Source: Veleropilina oligotropha
Taxonomy: Eukaryota
Assembly (NCBI GenBank): GCA_048128005.1
Contig: JBEUKZ010000081.1
Coordinates: forward strand, 1 to 64,000
DNA length: 64,000 bases
Direction of reading: 5' to 3'
Shown here piece by piece: positions 1-7,995 of the stretch (within the stretch, counting starts at the first letter, position 1; each line of letters starts with the position of its first letter). Both the position numbers and the translations under genes were made by a program. Below the pieces are notes generated by a model that was not told the origin of the DNA, searched no databases, and saw only the letters and a program-made list of their open reading frames with translations.

Positions 1-741
1 AACACGGTCGTACAGGATTACGAGTTGACCCTGGTATTGATTTCGAATCCGTCTGGCAAGCTCGGATTGGGTTACCATGTCATATTCGAGGGATATATTG
101 TCGATGGAATAGCTGGAACCGGAGTCGTCCGTCTCCCGGATAGTCCGGGAGTAGTCGTTGAACGTTAGCTCATACTCGAGACGGTCTCCAAGGGCGCTTT
201 GATAGAATGGCATGTGACTTTCCAACAGCTCGAAATCCAGCGGGATGCGGAATCGGTTACCGTACGCGGCCGCGACCGCGACATCCTCAGACAGTCTAAA
301 AGCGTCTGCCGCACCAACACGATGCTTCGTAGTGTTGTGCCCATCGCTGGTATCAATCCCCTGGTACTGGGCGTTCTTGCGCTCCCCGGTGGTCTTCCAG
401 AGATCGCAGTAGCAGTGGTACACGTCGGAGTCGTCAATCGACATGATCTCGTTTCCACTTATCTTTATCGTGGTCTTTCTGATCACGGCACGGCCGATAT
501 TTTGCACTACAGTCCTATTCGCATTTACCGAGGTCAGTGAGATGGTAAATGCAAGGTGGGCAGTCCCTGGAACGATCACGTCATTCGCCCCGAGATTAGG
601 GAACCGAACCAGGAGCTGCTGGTTCGGGGCAATCGTTGATGGATTGTTTGTAATCGTGACCGACTGGCGGATGCCCTTGACTGCGAGGGGCTCACGCAGC
701 CTGCGGTATGGATTAAGCTTGCGTCCGTATACGCTAGTCAT
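1..741 (-). CDS. Major capsid protein (double jelly-roll-like), N-terminal 247 codons, truncated by the window edge
   Basis: Hand translation from the ATG at 741: MTSVYGRKLNPYRRLREPLAVKGIRQSVTITNNPSTIAPNQQLLVRFPNLG...IKISGNEIMSIDDSDVYHCYCDLWK...YGNRFRIPLDFELL...LEYELTFND...ISLEYDMV. No stop was found before base 1. Beta-strand-rich pattern resembling Polinton-type MCPs. Confidence 0.7.
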   Translation of the reverse strand, partial: MTSVYGRKLNPYRRLREPLAVKGIRQSVTITNNPSTIAPNQQLLVRFPNLGANDVIVPGTAHLAFTISLTSVNANRTVVQNIGRAVIRKTTIKISGNEIMSIDDSDVYHCYCDLWKTTGERKNAQYQGIDTSDGHNTTKHRVGAADAFRLSEDVAVAAAYGNRFRIPLDFELLESHMPFYQSALGDRLEYELTFNDYSRTIRETDDSGSSYSIDNISLEYDMVTQSELARRIRNQYQGQLVILYDRV

Positions 742-777
742 GGCTGAATTAGATGCGTATCCCACTGATGTATTCAA

Positions 778-2091
778 ATGGCGGAATTCGAGAACCCCGC
801 ATTCGAGCCGGACGATCTCATCGACAACGATGATACCATCATCGACGATACTGATGTGGATCTATCCACCGACCGGTTTATGCCTGTTCTTTCGGAACGG
901 CCACAGGAAGGAACCAGCAGTCTTCAGCAAGAGCTCGTTCAGGGCGTGGTTGACGACTACTACAAAGCCCTGGCACAGGAGGGGCAGACCCCAGCCACGG
1001 GGCGAGATTATTCAAAATTCAAGTATGTGAGGGGAAAATTAGGGAGGGGGGGGAAATTGGTGATGACGGACTACCCCGACATCAATCTCATAAATTCTCG
1101 CACCGGCAACCCCTTGGCGTTGTCAACAATAGCTGGCCGGCCTGGTGGGGGTGATGCAATCCGTGAAGGGTTGGGTTTTGTACACTGGACGCGGGGGGAA
1201 AAAAAGCTGGCCTCAAAAGCGGTTGCAGTTCTTCAGGCAGCCGACAACGAGTTGAGCGGTGCGGCCGCCAATGTCGAAAACATAGAACTGCGGGACTTGG
1301 GGCAGACTGCTACTGATGCCTCGGTAGCAATCCACACGATGGAGACGAAATTCACTGATACCGAGGTTGAAGAGATCTTAGGCACAATGGGGGACCCTCC
1401 ATTAAATCTTCGCGAGCTTCGCGGACTTGACAAGGCGATGCAGACCATCCGAGGCGAACTAACCAACAATCTAGCCAAACTAACGGCGCTGGACGAACAC
1501 ATAGAGCTGGAGAAGATGAAGCTCGATCAGGCAGATGAAGAGGGCGGTGTGGATGAGTTCATCCGTCGACGGATCGCGGAACGTCTGCGCGACCTGAATG
1601 ATGAAAGAGCAGCTCGCCTAGAGGCAGCATCATCAAGCCGGGAGGCCCTTCGCTCTCAAATCAGCCGGATCCGAGAGATGATAAGTCGGATCCTGAACAC
1701 CGACACAACGCTGGCCGAGCGTATCCGGACCCTGTTCCGCGAGCAAGGGGTCACGATCGCAACAATACTGACCGCTATCGGGCTCGCCATCTCGACTTTG
1801 GTACTAGCCCTGACAGGTGGAGCGCCGAGCCCGCCAACGCCACCACCACCTCCCAGTGGTCAGGGCGGGGTCAAGGAGTGGGTCAAAAAGCAGCTGCAGA
1901 ACCTGGGAAGGATTCTAGGCAAACTAGCAGGGAAGGCCGCAGCCGCGCTCCCAGGAATACTTGGAAGCCTGGTCTCCTGGCTAATCAACCTGATTGGCAA
2001 GACAGCATCGTGGCTCGCTGAAAACCTATGGGCACTGGTCATATCAGTTGGGGGCTTGCTTCTTATTGCCGCTAGACAGTGGGTCACGTAA
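778..2091 (+). CDS. 437-aa viral protein: acidic N-terminus, long coiled coil, C-terminal hydrophobic/amphipathic helices
   Basis: Intact ORF with a heptad-like region, a TM-like segment (IATILTAIGLAISTLVLAL), a Pro-rich linker, a cationic amphipathic helix and a C-terminal hydrophobic stretch. AATAAA follows the stop. Confidence 0.8.
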   Translation: MAEFENPAFEPDDLIDNDDTIIDDTDVDLSTDRFMPVLSERPQEGTSSLQQELVQGVVDDYYKALAQEGQTPATGRDYSKFKYVRGKLGRGGKLVMTDYPDINLINSRTGNPLALSTIAGRPGGGDAIREGLGFVHWTRGEKKLASKAVAVLQAADNELSGAAANVENIELRDLGQTATDASVAIHTMETKFTDTEVEEILGTMGDPPLNLRELRGLDKAMQTIRGELTNNLAKLTALDEHIELEKMKLDQADEEGGVDEFIRRRIAERLRDLNDERAARLEAASSSREALRSQISRIREMISRILNTDTTLAERIRTLFREQGVTIATILTAIGLAISTLVLALTGGAPSPPTPPPPPSGQGGVKEWVKKQLQNLGRILGKLAGKAAAALPGILGSLVSWLINLIGKTASWLAENLWALVISVGGLLLIAARQWVT

Positions 2092-3364
2092 GCCAAATAA
2101 ACGCTAGACCAACGACAATGCCGCCCACGATAAGTGCGGTTTTCTCCTCGTCATGTGCCGCTGGAACAGCCGCCACTGAGGCCACAGCTGGCAGAGAGCT
2201 TGGATGCTTCGGAGTAACTACCGGTATGCTTGCATCTGCGTCTTGTGGAATAACCAGTCCTGTTTCTCCAGTATCCCCAGTGGCGTTGGGCGGCACACTG
2301 GCCGCGTTCACCGTAGTATTAAGACCGAGTGTCTGGTCTTCCGTGGCGACGACGATCTCATTGTTATAACCAGCCACCTGCCCGATCCGTAGAAGCATGT
2401 TACTTGGCGCCATGTACAGGCCAACGCCGAATACGAAGTCCACTTTGGACCTCGCATACTGGAGCACCTCTTGGTACCGTTTGATGGCTGCTGGGAGGTC
2501 AACGGGGGATGCGATGGCGTCTTCCACGTTCGCCAGGAACTGTTTCTGTGCGTCAAACGCCGTCCCACTACCCAGAATACTTGCACGCGTTTGAGCCTGC
2601 GCTCCAAGAATAGCCCAGACGTAGGTCCTGATGGAATCATTGAGCCTTTCCACGCCGGCCCTCGTGAATCCCACCGACCTGTCCAGAATAAAAGTAGCCC
2701 AACCGTTTTTAAGTGCAGGCGCTTGCGCGACGTAGTCCACGTGCAGATTCGTGTTGGTCGTACCTTTGGTGAAGGACATTCGGCTTGGATCATAGTCACG
2801 TCCGATGGGGTGGTAGCCGTTGTTCGTCCAGTAGCTGTAAGCGGTGCCTAGTCCGCCGTTGGGACCCTTGACACGCCAGTCGGTATGGGGAGACACCCCA
2901 AATTCGCTGCAGATCTTCTCATATGCCCTGCGGTCATACGGGTTGTCGAATGCATCCCACGTCCGGTCCTGTGGCAGCGGCGCCTGAATTTCGGATAAGA
3001 TTCGTCTGACCTGATAGTAGACGTGGAAGGTGAATACAGCAGTGGAGAGGGGGTCGGTCGCATTTAAGTGGTCTTCTGAGGAGATTCCGGAACCTGTTGT
3101 GGCACACCAAACTGCGAAATTGACCTTGTTCTGCCAGAACCTCATCGGCGTGCTGTTCCAATCCCTTATCAGCCCGTCACTAGCGACATGAGGGAGGCGG
3201 TATTTCTGAAAGACGTCAGGGTATGTTGCCCCGAATGTAGTGGTTGAGCTATTACCCACATTGATGCTTGGTCTCGTAAGCTGCTCATCTTTGATCTTTG
3301 CTGGGTACACCACACCGGTCGGATAGGCCGCACTCCTATTAAACGCAAAGGCGCTCTTAGCCAT
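2084..3364 (-). CDS. 426-aa viral protein of unknown function with a C-terminal transmembrane anchor
   Basis: Long intact ORF ending in a Pro/Ala/Thr-rich stalk and TALIVGGIVVGLAFIWLT. Confidence 0.75.
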   Translation of the reverse strand: MAKSAFAFNRSAAYPTGVVYPAKIKDEQLTRPSINVGNSSTTTFGATYPDVFQKYRLPHVASDGLIRDWNSTPMRFWQNKVNFAVWCATTGSGISSEDHLNATDPLSTAVFTFHVYYQVRRILSEIQAPLPQDRTWDAFDNPYDRRAYEKICSEFGVSPHTDWRVKGPNGGLGTAYSYWTNNGYHPIGRDYDPSRMSFTKGTTNTNLHVDYVAQAPALKNGWATFILDRSVGFTRAGVERLNDSIRTYVWAILGAQAQTRASILGSGTAFDAQKQFLANVEDAIASPVDLPAAIKRYQEVLQYARSKVDFVFGVGLYMAPSNMLLRIGQVAGYNNEIVVATEDQTLGLNTTVNAASVPPNATGDTGETGLVIPQDADASIPVVTPKHPSSLPAVASVAAVPAAHDEEKTALIVGGIVVGLAFIWLT

Positions 3365-3371
3365 AGCTACT

Positions 3372-4112
3372 ATGTTTCACACATTAACAAACGTTCAAGA
3401 GGGGACCGCGGTTGCCCTCCTGGAGCCGATTGATAACCGGGACGGCAAGCTATGTGTCAGCTTGCAGTCGCTCGACTATTGGGTAGGCTGGCACAATGTG
3501 CATGCCGGAGCCTTCTTTAAGACCCCGGATACCACGGTCGACGTGGCACCAGGTTTCTACAGCTTCGATGACCTCGCCAAGACGATGAAGAGGTCGCTAG
3601 TTAACATACAGCTAGATGTAAGCCATGCTACAGGGCTCGCCCGAATCGTGGTCCCAGAGGGGACTCGACTCGCGATAAGCGACGATATACGAAAACTCCT
3701 CGGCTTAAACCTGTCTTCGTTTATTCTCGATAAAGCAGGGAATCTGAACCCACCGGTTCGGGGAGTACAGGGCCAACCACCTCCCCCTCCGGAGAGATCC
3801 GAGTGGCTACGCCCTGGGACTTATGACGGGAATAAGCCTGTCGGGTTTGCCATAGCGCCAACCCTGCACGTTCACCTGGAGCAGCTTAGTACAACGCACA
3901 ACGTGCAGGACGGCGCCCCGAGCACTATTCTCGCGGTGGTCCCTATCACGTCGCAGATGTTCGGTGAAGCTGGCCACTATCATAGCTATCCCGCCGGCCG
4001 GCGACTACAGGCCGGGCTAATCACAGAGTTGAAGGTGTACGTCACAGACGCAGACAGTAACCTGCTAGACAATCACGGCATGCCTATTTCCGCAGTCCTT
4101 GCGATACAATGA
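3372..4112 (+). CDS. Penton / minor capsid protein-like
   Basis: 246 aa with PGFYS, GAPSTILAVVP and C-terminal ITELKVYVTDADSNLLDNHGMPISAVLAI, matching the pattern of Polinton minor capsid proteins. Confidence 0.7.
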   Translation: MFHTLTNVQEGTAVALLEPIDNRDGKLCVSLQSLDYWVGWHNVHAGAFFKTPDTTVDVAPGFYSFDDLAKTMKRSLVNIQLDVSHATGLARIVVPEGTRLAISDDIRKLLGLNLSSFILDKAGNLNPPVRGVQGQPPPPPERSEWLRPGTYDGNKPVGFAIAPTLHVHLEQLSTTHNVQDGAPSTILAVVPITSQMFGEAGHYHSYPAGRRLQAGLITELKVYVTDADSNLLDNHGMPISAVLAIQ

Positions 4113-4459
4113 GCAGCATCTACGGGACCCTGCTTGCAGACGAGCCCTCTTCCCCCCCGACCCGGTGGCACTTTGTCCTTAATTGTGGGGTAGCGCCCAA
4201 TAAGGGGCTGGCGAGGAGGGAGTTCATGTTTCCAAACACTAGAGGTCGGTTCGGGTTGAACCCAGCCCTTCTAATGATCCACCTGACGCCGGTCCAGCCG
4301 GCCGGGGGCCCCAAGGCATGTTCCATAAGTAAACTCAGCCTGGATTCGGATAAGTTAACCCTCGCCTTTGTCATCAAGGCCCCGTGGGTCGGCACTCTGT
4401 ATTTGAACGTTACAGTAGACATTTTAAACAAACAGGCGGAACAATACAGCCACGTATGA
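4109..4459 (+). CDS. 116-aa viral hypothetical protein
   Basis: Joined to both neighbouring ORFs by ATGA start/stop overlaps. Confidence 0.6.
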   Translation: MSSIYGTLLADEPSSPPTRWHFVLNCGVAPNKGLARREFMFPNTRGRFGLNPALLMIHLTPVQPAGGPKACSISKLSLDSDKLTLAFVIKAPWVGTLYLNVTVDILNKQAEQYSHV

Positions 4460-5091
4460 TGGACAACAAACCCTCAGCGCCAACGCTGTACCCACAACTT
4501 GGTGGCGATGTGCCTTCGGAACTGCATGAGGCACAGTCCTTCCGACTACAGAAAGTGAATGAGCTTCAGGGACAATTAGAACGAGAGAGGGACACACGGG
4601 CTGCATTATATAAAAAGTACCGACGAGGTGTTAACGTCGTTGACGGGATAGATAACGGGCTAGTCGTCGCCACACTTGGTATGGGTAGCGCTGGAATTGG
4701 TCTACTGTCCACAATTGTAGCCGCCCCGGTCGTCCTAGTGCTGGAACTAGCGGCATTAGGGTGTGGGCTCGCTAGTATGGGTGGAAAGTATATCAGCCGG
4801 CGCCTCGGGGTGAAGGCTAAGAAACACGACGAGATTCGAGTCCTGGCCGACAGCAAGCTGAATACCATAACCGACCACGTCTCAAAGGCATTATCGGACG
4901 GGGTGATGTCTGATGATGAATTCCAACTGGTCACAGGGGAGATGGAGAAATACCAAGCCATGAAGGCATCAATCCGGGATAAGAGTAGGAAGGCGCACAC
5001 CGCGATTTCACAGACCCAAAGCGAGCTTATTGAGCGAGGTCGTTTAGAGGGTCGCGCAGAGCTGCTGAAAAAAATCGGAGCTGGCGACTAA
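4456..5091 (+). CDS. 211-aa membrane-associated viral protein with N-terminal PSAP and LYPxL motifs
   Basis: The ATG at 4456 overlaps the upstream TGA. Sequence begins MMDNKPSAPTLYPQL, followed by coiled coil, a Gly/Ala-rich hydrophobic hairpin and a second coiled coil. Confidence 0.75.
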   Translation: MMDNKPSAPTLYPQLGGDVPSELHEAQSFRLQKVNELQGQLERERDTRAALYKKYRRGVNVVDGIDNGLVVATLGMGSAGIGLLSTIVAAPVVLVLELAALGCGLASMGGKYISRRLGVKAKKHDEIRVLADSKLNTITDHVSKALSDGVMSDDEFQLVTGEMEKYQAMKASIRDKSRKAHTAISQTQSELIERGRLEGRAELLKKIGAGD

Positions 5092-5173
5092 CTATCCAGG
5101 TTGAGCGTAGCCACGACTACCCCGCTCCTCCCCCGTATTAAAGCTAGAAATCGACAGTGATATCTGGACAACC

Positions 5174-5605
5174 ATGAAATCCATGAAATCTATGCTACTG
5201 TGCATTGTCGCGGTGTGCTGGCTAGGGGGTGTTTCTACCCAGGCGTCGACACACAACACTGCATTAATTCTGGAACATACGTGGGCAAGGTACCGAAATC
5301 ATCCCAGGTATAACGCCCGATTTGACCCCTTACGTAGAAACTTGCTTCTTCGCCCGGGTAGAGACTCCACCCCTGATGTCTCCCCACCGTCGTGCCACTA
5401 TTTTATTATCGGAGAAAATGACTGTAGCCCTGCCACACCCCGAGATACTGTCACATGTGTCCAGTGTTCGACCCCCTCGTTATGTCCTGGCAAAAATGGG
5501 GAGTATTACACCATGCTGTCTGGCTGCTTCGGTATGTGGAGAAAAGTCGGACACATCTCACCCTGTAATTGTACTTTAATATCGGGCAACTATATATTCA
5601 TATAA
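5174..5605 (+). CDS. 143-aa secreted cysteine-rich protein
   Basis: Signal-peptide-like N-terminus (MKSMKSMLLCIVAVCWLGGVST); eight Cys in the C-terminal half ending in CxC. Confidence 0.6.
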   Translation: MKSMKSMLLCIVAVCWLGGVSTQASTHNTALILEHTWARYRNHPRYNARFDPLRRNLLLRPGRDSTPDVSPPSCHYFIIGENDCSPATPRDTVTCVQCSTPSLCPGKNGEYYTMLSGCFGMWRKVGHISPCNCTLISGNYIFI

Positions 5606-6735
5606 AACAGCTGCTTAGGAAATCTCTTGCCTTACAATATGTCACAGCTGTTTATATAAATATTTTCCAGGTCGACGAGAGCGACCTTTGTCCGATTTAT
5701 GAATGAAATACCTCGCATCAATAAGTTATTGTTGGATTAGGCGAATCGCATACGCTTCAGGTCACGTGTAGTATTAATACAGCCTGCCGGCTGTCCATTG
5801 TTGACTATCCAGTACAGCCTCAATTACTTAAAACCATGAAACAATAGACGCCTAGTGGATTTCTCAGTGGGTAAATATAAACGCTTGGCCTATCAAGCCA
5901 TGTCTTTACAAATATCTGGTCGCGCCTACCGTTCCATTGTTCTCTCGCTGCTATCTCAGGCTGGCTGACCTAGATTTTGTCTAACGCATTTCTCATAGCA
6001 AAGAAGTCGCAAGCTGTCGTATAGGTATTTAGCTGTTGGTGACCAAGAAAAAAAAACCTATTGGCACAGTTAGAAAATCTTGGTCCCCAAGATTCCGTTT
6101 GGCACAGAAAATAAAAATCGGTCCCCATGTTTACATGGTGGACAGTAATCTAGTGGAGTCATGGTCACGTGGCAATGAGTTTCTAGAAAGATCAGAAATC
6201 GTCAACAAGTTATATATGGGAATGTGTACGTGGAAAGCTTCTAGAAAGAACAGAGATCGTCAGAGGTTATATATGGGAATGTGGCAATAAACTGCTATTG
6301 CCGTCCATTCATAACGGCAAACAATACTTCCTGGTATAACGTTACAGCTATTAACATACAGGAGCCAGGCGAGCATAGGTAAGTGTTATAATTTAACCCC
6401 AGGGAACATCCCTGGGGCTCTATATAGTTTACGTTGGTCGGAATGGGTGCTGGGAGCCTTATTTTTTTCATTCTAAAAGGTATGGTCACCCTCCCTGCTG
6501 ACTATTCTAAGCTACCCTAGTTTGTACACACAGTGACTTTTTGTAATACAATCCCTACCCTGGGTTCTGAAAGGGTGCTGGGAGCCTCCACGGCCGCCCC
6601 GGGGCCCTAGTCTGAACTCCATAGTTCCCCTCAGTAATACCAGCTCAGTTCTGAAATGGTGCTGGGCGCTGTATTTTTCCATTCTAAAAAGTCTATTCAC
6701 CCCCCCTGCTGCTACCTGACGCAAGCTCACAAATA

Positions 6736-7530
6736 TTGCCGATAAATATAACTGATCTCTCTATAAAAACACTTCAAACCCCGCCAGTTCTGGCCACTCT
6801 TATACCTATCATTGTATCAACGCTCCAGCCAATAATTCAAAAGACGATGGAAAATACCCTTGATAAGAAACTCGAACCTATAATGCTAGCAATGAATAAT
6901 ATTGCTCAAAGCATAAATTCATTAAAAAATGAAATTAATCATAACAGGGAAAAAATAGGACATCTTGAGGATAAAGTTTGCAATCTGCAACAGAAAAATG
7001 CCGAACTAGAAGATAAATTAGCAAATGCATCGAAACCATCAGAAATCTACGAATCTCAAATTGATGAACTCGAGCAATATTCGAGAAGAAATAATCTCAG
7101 ATTTCACAACTTGACCCCTAATACTGGAGAATCTACGAGTGAAGCCCTTATAAGACTATCGAACACACAACTGAATCTCAATCTATCAACCACTGATATT
7201 GATAGAAGCCATTATGCTAACAATAAAAAGACCCAAATAATTTGTAAATTCACAAATTATTCCGCCAAAATGTCGATATACAAAGCAAGAATTCAACTGA
7301 AAAATCAACCACAGAAGATCTTCATCTCTGAAGACCTAACCAAAAGGCGAATGGAGATCATATCGAAACTTCAAACGTTCCGCAAATCTAAACAAATCTA
7401 CTCATTCTGGACATACGACGGCCGAATTTCTTTCAAGCGCTCCGAAAATGGAACACCGGAACATATAAAGACATTCTCGGACCTCCAATCAAGATTCGAA
7501 TTAATCAATGCTGAATCAAATGTCGTCTAA
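6736..7530 (+). CDS. LINE ORF1 protein (coiled coil + RRM-like + C-terminal domain), probably N-terminally truncated
   Basis: Coiled coil followed by LEQYSRRNNLRF, IDRSH, FISEDLT and WTYDGRI motifs. Confidence 0.8.
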   Translation: MPINITDLSIKTLQTPPVLATLIPIIVSTLQPIIQKTMENTLDKKLEPIMLAMNNIAQSINSLKNEINHNREKIGHLEDKVCNLQQKNAELEDKLANASKPSEIYESQIDELEQYSRRNNLRFHNLTPNTGESTSEALIRLSNTQLNLNLSTTDIDRSHYANNKKTQIICKFTNYSAKMSIYKARIQLKNQPQKIFISEDLTKRRMEIISKLQTFRKSKQIYSFWTYDGRISFKRSENGTPEHIKTFSDLQSRFELINAESNVV

Positions 7531-7995
7531 ATGATTGTGTTCCATGGTATGTAATTCAGTCCATAAGGCATGCCCAAAAAGCTTCACCACAAAACAACTT
7601 GGTTACGCACCCAAGTGATATTCAGTGATTACAATATAACCTCGCAGTATCATATAGCAGGCTTATCACAATTTTCTGTCTTCTTTTCTTATGCATTGTA
7701 TATACTTTTGTTCTATGTAATGTTTCTCAAACATATAACTTTAATTTACTACTCGCACATCAAAACATGCAATTTACTGAAGAATCTTTTCAAACTATGA
7801 AAATCATGTCAATTTTCGTTTGTATTCTATATGAACTATGTCCCTCAATGTGGTTATCAGACAAAGACAAATATTCATTCAACAAGTTTCTGACAAACAA
7901 TATTCTGCAAACAACCAATCGGTATCATGAAGCCTTAGTAATCCCATTAACAGATTACGGGTAATTCCCTTATCGATTACAGGGTATCGATTGGT

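Larger units (their letters stand above)
1..6717. mobile_element. Right-hand part of an endogenous Polinton/Maverick (adintovirus-like) element
   Basis: Compact intronless ORFs, visibly higher GC than the rest of the window, MCP-like and penton-like genes. A non-coding tail with internal direct repeats (about 6180/6238 and 6450/6660) ends ...CTGCTGCTACCT, which reads AG... on the other strand like Polinton termini. The right boundary is approximate; polB and integrase are not in the window. Confidence 0.75.

Noticed and set aside
165..1030. Track ORFs 165-458, 199-540 and 443-1030
   Set aside because: Alternative-frame or antisense shadows of the capsid gene and the 437-aa gene.
1..5700. Bacterial or phage contamination suggested by GC shift and overlapping genes
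   Set aside because: The capsid genes look Polinton-type, an AATAAA follows a stop, and the block is contiguous with a eukaryotic LINE.
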